Notes: generated from the letters alone by a model not told the origin. 64,000 nucleotides of DNA from an uncultured Nitrospiraceae bacterium (GCA_963706325.1 CAVPLT010000006.1:1-64000); one strand, 5' to 3'. Counted from the stretch's first letter, positions 21,567-33,310 are shown. Made by a program: numbers and translations.

Positions 21567-23958
21567 ATGACCACCATGAAGATCACATCGACGCTAGCGT
21601 TCGCAGTTTCTCTCACGCTCCTGGCATGCGGCGGGCCTCAAGAGCGGAAGGCGCAATATCGTGCAAGGGCTCAGGAATATATCCAGGCGGGAAATTTCCC
21701 GAAGGCGCGGGTCGCCCTACGAAATGTTCTCAAGATTGACCCAAAGGATGCCGAGGCCTATTTCCTCGTGGCCAAGGTCGAGGAAAAGGAAAAGAACTGG
21801 CGGAATGCGGTCGCCAACTATCAACAAGTCGTCGAGCTCGTGCCGGATCATAAAGACGCGCTCATCACCCTGGCCAAGTATTATCTGGAAGCTCGTCTCG
21901 CCGACGAAGTCACTCACACAGCAGACAAGGTTCTCGCCACGAATCCGCAAGATCCACAGGCAAAGGCATTAAAAATCGCGGTCCTGGCGCAGCAAAACAA
22001 CATCACCCAGGCGATATCCCAAGCAGAAAATTTGAGTCGACAGCATCCCACGGAACCGGACGTCGCCATTCTGCTTGCCACACTCTATAGCCATCGACAG
22101 CGCGTACAGGACGCGACTACGGTGCTTCGTCGAGCCATTCAGGCCCATCCCCATCAGTTGGATCTCCTGAATAATCTCCAGACAGTGCTCACTGAGGGAC
22201 ACGATACAAAAGGAACGGAGCAGGTCTTGCGTCAGCTGATCGAAGAGGAACCGACCGTCTTCGATCACCGCTTGAAACTTGCGCGGTTCTATGACCAACA
22301 GAAGGCGATGGACAAAGCGGAGGCAGTGTTGCAAGAAGCTACGAAACTTTTTCCAGAAAGCGAGCAAGCTTGGCTGGCCTTGGCCGATTTCCTGAGTCTG
22401 AGACAAGGAATGCAGGCTGCCGAGACTGCTTTGCGCACCGCCATGAAGCGTCTTCCCTACTCCACCAAGGTCTCGTTTGCCTTGGCCGCGCTGTATGAAC
22501 GTCATAGGGACACAGCGAGCGCTCGCCGGATCTACGAGACTCTCGTCAAGGAATACGACAAGAAGCCGGCCGGACTGGAAGCTAAGGTGAGGATTGCCCA
22601 GCTCGATTTTGTAGGGGGCAACCATCAAGAAGCCGAACGGCGCCTCGCCGAGGTCCTGAAAGATAATCCGCGCTCAGCCGATGGCCTGATCCTCCAAGGA
22701 AAGATTGCACTGGCCAAACGCAATGGGAAGGAGGCCGTTCAGGCATTTCGCACGGTCTTGCGTGACCAGCCGGAACAGGCTCGACATCCAGTCACTGCTA
22801 GGCCAAGCCCATGTGATCACCGGCGAGGGACTATTGGCCCGGGAAAGTTTCGAGCGAGCCGTCTCGCTCTACCCGGAATTGGTGGATTCAACGGTGGCTC
22901 TTGCAATGCTGGACAGCCAAAGCGGACAGCGCGCACGGGCACGCACCCGGCTCCGCGAGCTGGTGAGCACTCACCCCGACCATCTCCCGGCGATCGAGAT
23001 GCTGTTTGCGCTGGATCTTATGGCGGGTGATTGGAAGCAGGCAAAGACTAGCCTGTCACTGCTCCGAACCGTCGTCGGAGAAAGCGCCATGCTATTTATG
23101 GCAGAAGGCAAGCTATACGAAGCGCAACGTGAATTCACTAAGGCTGAGGGTTCGTTCGAGAGAGCAGCAGCAGCCAATCCGAACGCCCCCGAACCACTCA
23201 TAGCGATGATTCGCCTGGAAGTTGCGCAGAAACAGACCGACCGTGCGCGCCGCCGACTTGAGACCCTCGTCTCGATGCGTCCTGACCACCCTTATGGACA
23301 CGGATTATTGGGGGAGATCCTGACGATATCCGGCCACCAGGAAGAGGCTGTCATCCATTATCGTGAGGCCACGAGAATCAATCCAAGCTGGATCACTCCC
23401 TGGGTGAGCTGGGTGAACCTGTCGATCGTCCGAGGCCGACCGGAGGAGGCAATCCGCATCTTAAATGAGGCGGTCGTTACTAACAAGTCGAGCGAGGAAC
23501 TGTATATGCTGATGGCATCGATTTTATCCAATCAGGGACAGATCGACGGAGCCATCCTAGCCTATGAGTCAGTGCTGCGCATGAACCCTCGCAATGTACT
23601 TTCTGCCAACAATCTCGCATCATTGCTGGTTGATTACAAAGGAGATGCCTCTAGCCTCCAACGCGCATTCATCTTGACCAGGGACTTTGAAAAAGATGCT
23701 CCACATCCCCTGTTCCTTGACACGCTGGGGTGGGTGCGATTGAAAATGGGACATTCGGATCAGGCGCTTCACCTGCTGAAGCAGGCCATTGCAAAAGCAC
23801 CGGACCTCCCAGCGATCAATTATCACCTGGGCATGGCACTCCATCAGGCGGGACAGACGGAACAGGCCAAGCACTATCTGTATAAAGCACTCACGAGCGC
23901 GGAAGCATTCCAAGGGCGCCGAGAAGCCGAACAGTTGCTCGCTAGGACGAGCGGATAG
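21567..23958 (+). CDS. TPR-repeat lipoprotein (PrsT-like, exosortase-system associated); frameshift near 22780
   Basis: Lipobox LLAC; many TPRs; NNLASLL..LDTLGWV..YHLG C-terminus; two ORFs join. Confidence 0.85.
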
Positions 23959-23970
23959 GAGTCGTGATCC

Positions 23971-24582
23971 ATGCAGCGTGGTGCGCAGATTATTCAGAGA
24001 ATGTCTATCGGATTGGTCATCGGAATGTTGATGGTCAGCACCGTAAGCTGTCAGCCTTACGAGGTGCGCGGAACTACACATGAGACAGCGGATGCCGACC
24101 AAGGGTATCTGCTCGGGCCTGAAGATGTCCTCTTGATTTCGGTCTGGAAAGATGAGCATCTGACGAGGGAAGTCGTCGTTCGTCCAGACGGTATGATTTC
24201 ATTTCCTCTGGTCGGGGATGTGGCGGCCGAAGGCCGCACGGTCGAGGAGCTTCGCTCCGACCTCGCAAGACGGTTGATCAAATATATTCCCGCTGTGAAT
24301 GTCACGGTATCCGTCACGAAGGTGTTGAGCTATAAAGTGTATGTCGTAGGACGAGTGACCAAACCAGGCGAGTATTTGGTCGGCCATTATACCGACGTTT
24401 TACAGGCATTAAGCCTCGCTGGCGGCCTCACACCCTTCGCAGCTGAAGACGACATCAAAATCGTTCGACGGGTCATGGGAAAACAGCACACCTTTCCCTT
24501 CCGATACAGCGATGTTCGTAAGGGGATTGATCTGGAACAGAACATCCTCCTGCAACGCGGCGATACCGTGATGGTGCCATAG
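23971..24582 (+). CDS. wza: Polysaccharide export lipoprotein (Wza/OPX, short form)
   Basis: YLLGPEDVL, VRPDGMISFPLVGDV, VYVVGRVTKPG, LAGGLTPFA, LQRGDTVMVP. Confidence 0.88.
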   Translation: MQRGAQIIQRMSIGLVIGMLMVSTVSCQPYEVRGTTHETADADQGYLLGPEDVLLISVWKDEHLTREVVVRPDGMISFPLVGDVAAEGRTVEELRSDLARRLIKYIPAVNVTVSVTKVLSYKVYVVGRVTKPGEYLVGHYTDVLQALSLAGGLTPFAAEDDIKIVRRVMGKQHTFPFRYSDVRKGIDLEQNILLQRGDTVMVP

Positions 24583-24586
24583 GTTC

Positions 24587-25837
24587 GTGCTTTATTCGCT
24601 GAACAATGGCCCTGCAGGATCGAAGAACTGGCTGAGTGCTACAGGTGCCGCGTGCGTTGTCCTGTTAGAGTTCGGCTGTTTTCTCTTCCTCATGGCAACA
24701 CATGTCACAGGTTTTGCAGCAGAATGGTCCCTGCTTCCGTCGCTCGGCATGAAAGGGTATTACAACGATAACCTTCTATTGACCCCACTGCCGCATGAGG
24801 CCACCTATGGTTATTGGATTTCTCCGGCGGCTGAATTTGCCGGGAGGACGGAACGGTTGGATGTCGCTGGAAAAGCGGCGCTCGATTTTGTCGATTACTA
24901 CGGGGGACAACCCACCCGATTTACAAATGTATTTTTGCCCCTCAAGGTAAACTATAGAACCGAGAAGGATCAATTTGGATTCACCGGAGGATTTACTCGC
25001 GACAATACTTTGATGGGCGAGCTCCTGGCCACTGGATTGGTGCTGCAATTTACGCAACGAAATTTGTGGGATGTGAATCCGAGTTGGACCAGAAGCATCA
25101 CCGACAAACTGGCTTTTCAGGGAACGTTTCAGTTCACCGATGCGAGTTATCAAGACGGATTGCAGCTAGGATTGGTGGACTATCAAGTGTTCGGTGGGTC
25201 TGCGGGCTTGCTCTACCACGCGACGGAACGGGACGACATTCAATTGGCCGGGACCTATACTAATTTCCATACGATCAATTCACCGTTCGGTCTGCGGGCC
25301 AGCTATCCAGGAATCATGCTAACTGTGGCCCATATGTTTACAGAAACGCTCAAGGGAACCGCCTATGGCGGACCTCGTTTTGTCAATTCCACAACTCAAA
25401 ACACCGGTGGCGCTGTGAAGAATCAGGACACCATATGGGTCTATGGCGCCGGTTTGACTCAACATTTCCAGAGCGCCAGTCTTCAATTCACCCTGGCTCG
25501 TGACATCATGCCCAGCGGCTTCGGACTGCTCGTTCAAACGGACCGCGCAGGGGTTCTCGCGTCCTATAATTTCTCTGAAACCTTGACTGGCTCGCTGGAT
25601 ACATCGGGTTACCTCGTCTCCGGGGCATCACCCTTAGCCCGTGGCGGCACCCTCTCGGAGAGCCGGTTGATCTATACCACGCCCAAGCTCACTTGGAAAT
25701 TTTCGGAGTGGTGGAGAGCAGAGGTTTCCTATGCCTATCGCTGGCGGGATACGGATACTCTTGTAGAACCGGTCATGTCGAATGCCATGATGCTCATGCT
25801 GACCTATTATCCACCGAAGCTTGCCATCTCCCGATAG
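24587..25837 (+). CDS. EPS-associated outer-membrane beta-barrel protein
   Basis: YNDNLLL start of mature part, amphipathic beta-strands, terminal aromatic strand; lies between the OPX and co-polymerase genes. Confidence 0.7.
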   Translation: MLYSLNNGPAGSKNWLSATGAACVVLLEFGCFLFLMATHVTGFAAEWSLLPSLGMKGYYNDNLLLTPLPHEATYGYWISPAAEFAGRTERLDVAGKAALDFVDYYGGQPTRFTNVFLPLKVNYRTEKDQFGFTGGFTRDNTLMGELLATGLVLQFTQRNLWDVNPSWTRSITDKLAFQGTFQFTDASYQDGLQLGLVDYQVFGGSAGLLYHATERDDIQLAGTYTNFHTINSPFGLRASYPGIMLTVAHMFTETLKGTAYGGPRFVNSTTQNTGGAVKNQDTIWVYGAGLTQHFQSASLQFTLARDIMPSGFGLLVQTDRAGVLASYNFSETLTGSLDTSGYLVSGASPLARGGTLSESRLIYTTPKLTWKFSEWWRAEVSYAYRWRDTDTLVEPVMSNAMMLMLTYYPPKLAISR

Positions 25838-25878
25838 CAGGACTTACAAGTCAGCTTAATTCAAGGATGTCACGTTCC

Positions 25879-27648
25879 ATGGCTACTCAACAACGTCCTC
25901 AAGAAGCAGAATCGATGCTTGGCCTTCACGATTACCTCGCGATGCTTCGGCGACGACGCTTGTTGATTGTCCTTGCTGGAGGACTGTTGTTGAGCTTAAG
26001 CCTTGCTGTGGCCATTCTTTGGCCGGCGACCTACAAGTCTACGGCCACAATTTTGATCGAGGAACAGGAGATTCCCGCTGAGTTGGTGCATAGCACGATC
26101 ACCAGTTTCGCCGATCAACGGATCGAAATCATCAAACAACAGGTCATGAGCCGTACCAGTCTCTGGAGGGTGGTGGAACAGTATGATCTCTACGCCGATA
26201 TGCGGCGCGGGAGCACGACGGAAGACATAGTCAAACAATTCACGAAGGACATCGAGGTTGAGGTCATCAGCGCAGATGTCATCGACAAACGCACGCAACA
26301 CTCCACCAAGGCCACCATCGCCTTTACCGTGTCCTATAATAGTCGTTCGCCGGAAACCGCCCAGAGGGTTGCTAATGAACTGACCAGCCTCTTCCTTGGC
26401 GAGAATTTGAAGAGCCGCGAGCGGCAGGCGCAGGAAACCACCAGCTTTCTCAAGCAGGAGGCTGAGAATCTCGCTAAACATATCGAGGAAGTGGAAGGTA
26501 AGCTGTCCAAGTTCAAGCAACGGGCGAACGGCGCCTTGCCGGAACTAATGCCGTTGAATCTACAGCTCATGAACCAGTCCGATCGGGAATTGACCGATTT
26601 GGACCAGCAAATTCGAAGCCTTGAAGAACGGAAGTCCTATCTGGAGGGGGAGCTGGCCACAATCAAGCCCAACACCCCGATCATGTCGGTGACCGGGGAA
26701 CGTATTCTCGATTCCATCGAGCGTTTGCGGGGACTCCGAGCTGAATACGCGGGAGTGGGGGCCAATCTCTCTCCGGATCACCCGGATGTCATAAAGATGA
26801 AACAGGAAATCGCTGCGTTGGAAAAAGAAACCGGTGCGAATCCTGAGACTGAAGAGCTCGCTAAACAATTGATCGATGCCCGCGCCAAACTAGCCACACT
26901 CGGTGACCGCTTCGGACAGGACCACCCGGACATTCTTCAAACCAAGGGCACGATCAGGTCATTGGAGCAGGAACTACGACGGATCGGTTCGGCGCCTGTC
27001 AGATCGCCGATACAACGACCAGAAAATCCTGCCTATATCAATATTCAGGCGCAACGCAATTCGGTGACGTCATCCCTGGAAGCTTTGAAGGCCAGCCGCA
27101 CAATCGTCAAACGGCGGGTGTATGACTATGCGAAGCGCATTGAACGCACTCCAGAGATCGAGCCAGACTATCTCGCCTTGGCGCGCGACCGCGACACCTC
27201 TGCCCAGAAGTATCAGGACATCAGGTCACGGTTGTTGGAGGCGACGGTCTCGGAAGGGTTGGAGGTACAGCGAAAGGGCGAACGGTTCTCACTCATCGAT
27301 CCGCCGGGACTGCCGGAAACACCTGAAAAGCCCAATCGAATAGCCATCGGTTTATTAGGTTTCATCCTCGCGCTTGCAGGAGGCGCAGGAAGCGCGGTGG
27401 TCGCTGAACACCTGGACCGCTCCATTCGCACCCCCGAACAGTTGGTTCGCTTGACTCAAAGCTTTCCGCTCGCGGTCATTCCCTATATGCCGAACAAAAA
27501 GGACTTCACCCAAGCCATGAGGCGAAGGAGAATGATTCAGGGCGCGAGCTTAGGCGCCGTGGCGTTACTACTGCTTGTGAGTCATCTGTTTTGGACACCG
27601 CTCGATGTACTGTGGTTTGCAGCGCTGAGAAAATTCGGTATCGAGTAG
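25879..27648 (+). CDS. Polysaccharide co-polymerase / chain-length determinant (Wzc N-terminal part, GumC-like)
   Basis: Two TM helices flanking coiled coils; YKSTATILIE, DHPD x2, IDPPGLPETPEKPNR. Confidence 0.9.
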   Translation: MATQQRPQEAESMLGLHDYLAMLRRRRLLIVLAGGLLLSLSLAVAILWPATYKSTATILIEEQEIPAELVHSTITSFADQRIEIIKQQVMSRTSLWRVVEQYDLYADMRRGSTTEDIVKQFTKDIEVEVISADVIDKRTQHSTKATIAFTVSYNSRSPETAQRVANELTSLFLGENLKSRERQAQETTSFLKQEAENLAKHIEEVEGKLSKFKQRANGALPELMPLNLQLMNQSDRELTDLDQQIRSLEERKSYLEGELATIKPNTPIMSVTGERILDSIERLRGLRAEYAGVGANLSPDHPDVIKMKQEIAALEKETGANPETEELAKQLIDARAKLATLGDRFGQDHPDILQTKGTIRSLEQELRRIGSAPVRSPIQRPENPAYINIQAQRNSVTSSLEALKASRTIVKRRVYDYAKRIERTPEIEPDYLALARDRDTSAQKYQDIRSRLLEATVSEGLEVQRKGERFSLIDPPGLPETPEKPNRIAIGLLGFILALAGGAGSAVVAEHLDRSIRTPEQLVRLTQSFPLAVIPYMPNKKDFTQAMRRRRMIQGASLGAVALLLLVSHLFWTPLDVLWFAALRKFGIE

Positions 27649-27720
27649 CAACCATCACGCGTCATTTGCCATATCTTATTGCAAGCGACGCACGCGAAGG
27701 ACGAAAAAAAAGGGATTATC

Positions 27721-28545
27721 ATGGAATGGTTTCAAGCCGCCCTTGATCGATATAAACAACAGCAGCCCCAGAATCGACCGATTTCTCGCCTCAACCGCGC
27801 CTCGGCCGTTCGGACAGCTCCTGCGCAGATCGTATACACCCGCACCAGGTCGCTCCACATTCCGGAAACGGTACTGCGTGAACGGCGCATCGTGGCCGGG
27901 TTTGAGAGAGGGCAGTTCGTCGATGCGTTTAAGATTCTTCGCACGCAAGTCACTCATCGAATGCGTGAGAAGGGTTGGAACGTGATCGGCGTGACGAGCC
28001 CCGGACCACATGAAGGCAAAACCCTCACGGCCGTGAATCTCGCCGTCAGCTTGGCGTTGGACGTCACCCAATCGGTTCTCCTCGTGGATGCCAATCTCCA
28101 GAACCCCACGATTCATGACGTGTTCGATCTTGGCCCCAGCGAGGGACTGGCCGACTACCTGCTTGACGATGTTCCTCTTGAGGATTTGCTGATCCATCCC
28201 GGCATTGGCCGTTTCGTCCTGCTTCCCGGTGGACGCTCCGTCCCGCACTCTGCAGAGGCGTTGACCTCGCCAAAGATGATCGCCTTGGTGGAAGAATTAA
28301 AACATCGCTACCAATCGCGGATCATCATGTTCGACCTGCCGCCGCTGCTCAATACGTCAGACGTGCTGGCATTTTCCCCCTACATCGATGCGTTGTTGCT
28401 CGTGGTGGAGGAGGGCCGTACGAAAGCGGAGGATGTGGAACGGGCCCTGTCACTGGTGAAACAATCCACCCCGGTGCTCGGAACCGTATTGAACAAGGCG
28501 GGGCGGGCAGGGATCGGGCCGAGGGAAATGAAAAAACTGCTCTGA
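27721..28545 (+). CDS. CpsD/CapB-family tyrosine kinase (Wzc C-terminal part)
   Basis: VTSPGPHEGKT Walker A, LLVDANL, MFDLPPLL, GTVLNK. Confidence 0.9.
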   Translation: MEWFQAALDRYKQQQPQNRPISRLNRASAVRTAPAQIVYTRTRSLHIPETVLRERRIVAGFERGQFVDAFKILRTQVTHRMREKGWNVIGVTSPGPHEGKTLTAVNLAVSLALDVTQSVLLVDANLQNPTIHDVFDLGPSEGLADYLLDDVPLEDLLIHPGIGRFVLLPGGRSVPHSAEALTSPKMIALVEELKHRYQSRIIMFDLPPLLNTSDVLAFSPYIDALLLVVEEGRTKAEDVERALSLVKQSTPVLGTVLNKAGRAGIGPREMKKLL

Positions 28546-28747
28546 TTTAATCGATTTACTGATGCACCCGAACCTACAAAGATACGGTCGCGCGGCTGTC
28601 GCAGCTTGACCAAGCGGTGGTATCGGGTTTGAGGTCACTTCGCTTCGCGCCCCTCGCGGATTGGGCAGGCCTGGAGGCAGATGCGACAGTTGTTGAAGGG
28701 GAACGGCTAGTTACGGCAGAATACGCCGTTCCTCTTGAACCCAACCA

Positions 28748-30899
28748 ATGAAGCAAGTCATTCAACAGTTTCGTTCCGGAATCGTCAGGGTGGCGGAGGT
28801 TCCGCCGCCGTCGCTCCGGGGCAGCGGCTTGCTTGTCTTGAATGACGCCTCGCTCATCAGCCCAGGAACTGAAAAGTCTACTGTACAGAGCGCTCAGAAG
28901 AGTTTGCTCGGCAAGCTGATGGAACGCCCTGAACGAGTCCAGAAGGTTCTCGCCGCCGTTCAAAGAGACGGGCTCCAAACAACTCTCACACGTGTCTTCG
29001 ACCGGCTGGATACTCCCGCCGCCTTGGGCTATAGCTGCGCAGGTGTGGTTATCGAGATCGGCAAAGAAGCGGACTCTTTCTCCGTCGGCGATCGGGTGGC
29101 TTGTGCGGGACAGAATTACGCGTCACATGCCGAGATGGTCTATGTGCCGAAACATCTCTGCGTCAAAATTCCAGATGCGCTGGATAGTGAGGACGCCTCA
29201 TTCGTGACGCTGGGGGCGATTGCGCTGCAAGGAATTCGCCAGTCGGAGCCGCGGTTGGGAGACCGCATTGCGGTCATTGGACTCGGTCTCTTGGGGCAGC
29301 TCACGGTACAAATGCTGAAAGCCTCTGGCTGCAGGGTGCTCGGTTCTGACCTGGATGCTTCCAAGCTGGAGCTCGCTCGACAGTTAGGCGCGGATGCAGT
29401 CGTTGCGTCGTCCGGTTTGGTTGAAGCCGCCACGGCCTTTTCCGAGGGTCACGGGGTGGACGCGGTCATTATCACGGCGAGCACGAAGGACAATGCCCCG
29501 ATTGAAGTGGCCGGTGAGATCGCCAGGAAGAAGGGCAGGGTGGTGGTGGTCGGCGCCGTGGGGATGAACATTCCTCGCGAGCCCTATTACAAGAAGGAAC
29601 TGGAACTGCGGCTCTCCATGTCCTACGGGCCGGGACGTTATGACAATCAATATGAGGAACAGGGGCGTGATTACCCGTTCGGGTATGTGCGATGGACCGA
29701 ACAGCGCAATATGCAAGCGTTCCTTGAGCTAGTAGCCGAACGCAAGATCCAACTCAAGCCGCTGATTACGCATCGATACCCCATCGAACAGGCTGAGGCC
29801 GCCTACGCGCTGATGATGGATGGCACCACACCTTACATGGGCATGGTTATCACCTATCCTTCAGATCGTACCCGTCCCATGCCGCGGACCATTTCTGTGG
29901 GGCCACAAAAGTCCGGTCTCCCGGTGTCGCTCGGAATCATCGGGGCCGGCAACCACGTGAAGGCCATGCTGTTGCCGCCGTTGCAGACCATGAAGACCGT
30001 CACCATTCGTGGACTGTGCAGCGCGACGGGAATGACCGCCAAATCAGTCGCCGAAAAGGTCCAGGCGGCCTACTGCACCAGCGATGCGCAAGCCATTCTG
30101 GATGATGCCGCGATCAACACCGTGTTGATCGGCACAAGGCACGACAGCCACGGATCACTCGTGCTGAAAAGTCTGCTGGCCGATAAGCATGTTTTCGTTG
30201 AGAAGCCGCTCTGTTTGACGGAAGAGGAACTGCAAGAGATTCGCGCTGTTTATGAAAAGAAATCTTCCACCGGACTTCATTTATTGGTGGGGTTTAATCG
30301 GCGGTTTTCACCCACATGCCAAGCAGGCCCACAACTTCTTTGCCTCGCGCACCAATCCGCTCGTCATGTTGTATAGGATCAACGCCGGTCGAGTACCGAA
30401 AGAACATTGGGTGCAGGATCCTGATGTGGGGGGTGGGCGCGTGGTTGGAGAAATTTGTCATTTCGTCGACTACCTGCAAGCCCTCTGCGGGTCGTTGCCG
30501 ATTTCAGTCTTTGCCCGAAGAATCGGAAAGCATAGCTCCGGGATCATCGATGATCAGTGCACCATCTCATTGACCTTCGGCGATGGATCTATCGGCACGA
30601 TCGTCTACACGGCTGAGGGCAACAGCGGTCTTCCGAAAGAACGTTTTGAGGCGCATGCCGACGGGAAGTCCCTGACCATGGACGATTTCATGGAGACACA
30701 GATGTATGCCGGTACCCGGAAACAGGTCTTTAAGACGGGCAAGCGGGAGAAGGGGTTCCCTGAGGAGATAGCGCAATTCGTGCGCGCCATCGAGCAAGGC
30801 CTTCCACCTGTCATCCCCTTCGCGGAAATCGAAGCGGTGACTCGCGCCTGCCTCCTTGCGGTGCAGAGCTTGCACTCCGGCTCTGCCTATCATCTCTAG
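28748..30899 (+). CDS. Bi-domain oxidoreductase (Zn-binding dehydrogenase plus Gfo/Idh/MocA); frameshift near 30315
   Basis: SLISPGTE, LGYSCAG, GLGLLG, SYGPGRYD, IIGAGN, HVFVEKP, VGFNRRFSP, GEICHFVD. Confidence 0.9.
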
Positions 30900-31071
30900 C
30901 TCGACCATGACAAAGGCCATCGACATACTGGATGGTGAGGTGTAGGTTAAGGATGATCGTGTAGAAGTCTGCATAGGCTGCATCAACCGACCGTAGGTGG
31001 GACTGCTTCTCAGAATGTCGGCAACGAAATATACTTGACCTCCTGGTGATCGTTCCACAAGTAGGAATGGA

Positions 31072-32496
31072 ATGTACGAAAATTTCTACGGCTTGAAGAT
31101 CAAGCCATTCACACTCGCGCCGAACCCGGACTTTCTCTATCGAGGAGATACGCATCGACTCGCGATGGCGACCCTGGAATACGGCATACTCAATGAGGCT
31201 GGATTCGTCGTGCTCACGGGTGAGCCTGGGATGGGCAAAACCACGCTGCTCCAGCAACTCCTGGCGGAGCATCGTGATCATTTCACAACCGGCTTGATCA
31301 CCAATACGCATGCTGGGACAGAAAGTCTATTGCCTTGGATTTTGCTGGCTTTCGCTTGCAAAGAGAAGCCTCAAGGAAAACTTGAAGCATTCCACGCCTT
31401 CCAGCAGTTCCTCGACAAAGAAGCCACCGCCCGTCGACGGGTATTGTTGATCGTCGACGAGGCGCAGAATCTGGGTGTCGCACTCCTGGAAGAACTCCGG
31501 CTGCTATCCAACTTGAATCAGGATAAGGTACCCGTGCTTCAAATCGTTCTGTCCGGACAGCCTGGCCTGCGCCAACTGTTGCAGCGCAAGGACCTGACGC
31601 AATTCGCCCAGCGCGTCATGGTGGATTACAGTCTCGAGCCCTTTAAAGAAGAAGACAGCCTGGGCTACATTTCCCATCGCCTGCGCGTGGCCGGCCGCGA
31701 GGAGGCCATCTTTACCTATCACGCCTGCAACATGATTCATCGGCTGACTGGCGGCATTCCTCGTCTGATCAACCAGCTCTGCGATACGGCATTGATCTAT
31801 GGTTTTGCGGAACAGGCGAGCTTTGTCTCTACAAAGCTTGTGGCGCAGGCCGCCAGAGATCGCAGTAAAGGGGGCATTCTTCCGCTCACAGACATCGACG
31901 CCCTGACTGCCATGACGACGGAACAGGAAGTCGCCGAACAGACCCAATTGACCACATTCGCCGGCCGAACCACTCCGGCGCCATCCGTCACACAGAGGCA
32001 GACTGCTACCCCTGCATCTTCATCCTCCGCGGGCTCGGCTACGCGGGAAGCCGCCGAGTGGTATGAACGGGGGCTCGCGCTCAAGAAAATTGGGTCGTAC
32101 AAAGAAGCCCTCGAGCAATTTTCGTTGGCTGCTAAAGATGCAGGTTTCTCGTTCAAAGCCATGGCGCAGATTGGTATCTGTCTAAAATCCGCCGGCCAGT
32201 CGGAGCAGGCTGTGACTGCCTTTCGCCACGCTCTTCAGGCTCAATCGGGTGCATCGGTCGACGCCATTCAGGTGCGCTACCTCCTGGGGCGCACGCTTGA
32301 ATCCTTGGGACGCCACGATGACACGCTCGAACAATATCGCTGGATCAGGCGTGAGGAACCCAGCTTCAAAGACGTGGCCGAACGTATCGAACGAATGAGC
32401 GCTCGCCGTTCCCCGCTGTCACGCGGCGGCGGTGATGGTAGCCACAGCACCTCCTGGATGGCCCAGCTGCAACGCATTCTCGGCGCCTCCAAGTAA
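31072..32496 (+). CDS. ExeA-like AAA ATPase with C-terminal TPRs (exosortase-system associated)
   Basis: MYENFYGL..PF, GEPGMGKTT, LIVDEAQNL, GIPRLINQLCD, TPRs. Confidence 0.88.
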   Translation: MYENFYGLKIKPFTLAPNPDFLYRGDTHRLAMATLEYGILNEAGFVVLTGEPGMGKTTLLQQLLAEHRDHFTTGLITNTHAGTESLLPWILLAFACKEKPQGKLEAFHAFQQFLDKEATARRRVLLIVDEAQNLGVALLEELRLLSNLNQDKVPVLQIVLSGQPGLRQLLQRKDLTQFAQRVMVDYSLEPFKEEDSLGYISHRLRVAGREEAIFTYHACNMIHRLTGGIPRLINQLCDTALIYGFAEQASFVSTKLVAQAARDRSKGGILPLTDIDALTAMTTEQEVAEQTQLTTFAGRTTPAPSVTQRQTATPASSSSAGSATREAAEWYERGLALKKIGSYKEALEQFSLAAKDAGFSFKAMAQIGICLKSAGQSEQAVTAFRHALQAQSGASVDAIQVRYLLGRTLESLGRHDDTLEQYRWIRREEPSFKDVAERIERMSARRSPLSRGGGDGSHSTSWMAQLQRILGASK

Positions 32497-32530
32497 CAGC
32501 TTCAACATCATCCACATCGTCCTAACGTTC

Positions 32531-32558
32531 TCAAGTTCCCCCGGTCAGCAGCCGATAC
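32531..32558 (+). promoter_or_regulatory. Putative sigma28 (FliA) promoter TCAAG-N15-GCCGATAC
   Basis: Close match to the FliA consensus, 20 bp upstream of ATG 32579. Confidence 0.55.
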
Positions 32559-32578
32559 TGATGTAGGGGAATGTCTTT

Positions 32579-33307
32579 ATGAGCCTGGAAATTGTTCAAA
32601 TCCTTGAGGATGACCAGAGCCATGCCAAACACTTGGATCAGATTCTTCGGGGAGCGTCTTTCCGCACCAATGTTGCCTTCGACGGACCATCCGGCATGCA
32701 GGATGTCTGGCGCATCAAACCATCCCTAGTCATGGCCGATGACAACCTTCCCGGCATTACCGGGCGAGAAATCTGCAAGCGCTTACGGCAGGATCCCTCT
32801 ACCAGACATATTCCAATCATCGTCATGTCGGGTTATGCGTCCGATGAACGCCGTGCTGAAGCACTGGATGGCGGCGCCGACGATTTCATCATTAAACCTT
32901 ATGGAGCTATTGAGCTCGTAGCGAGAGTGCGGGCCCTTCTTCGCCGATGTCGACAAGATCAGGCACAGCAGGAGGAGGAGTTAGGAGAGGATCTCGTTTT
33001 TGCCGACAATGTCTATATGGCCGTGTACCGGGGACGAAAGCTGGCGCTGTCTGGTAAGGAATGGAAAGCCTTGCGACGGCTCGCCCTCACCGTCGGCAAT
33101 GTCGTACCTCGCGAAGAGCTGAAGGCGCTACTCTGGGGCGACGATGAACTGTTGCATGACGGCGAGCTCGATCATTGTATTGAAGAGCTCAATCAGAAAC
33201 TGGCGGGAGAGGGGAATGCAGTGGGACACATCGTCATGGTCCCAGGTGGCGGCTACCGAATGACGGCGAACAATTCAGAGATTGCGGATATCCTTCCGAC
33301 CTCATAG
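32579..33307 (+). CDS. OmpR/PhoB-family response regulator (paralog 1)
   Basis: Receiver LEDD..D..MSG..KP; winged helix ending PGGGYR. Confidence 0.85.
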   Translation: MSLEIVQILEDDQSHAKHLDQILRGASFRTNVAFDGPSGMQDVWRIKPSLVMADDNLPGITGREICKRLRQDPSTRHIPIIVMSGYASDERRAEALDGGADDFIIKPYGAIELVARVRALLRRCRQDQAQQEEELGEDLVFADNVYMAVYRGRKLALSGKEWKALRRLALTVGNVVPREELKALLWGDDELLHDGELDHCIEELNQKLAGEGNAVGHIVMVPGGGYRMTANNSEIADILPTS

Positions 33308-33310
33308 TGC

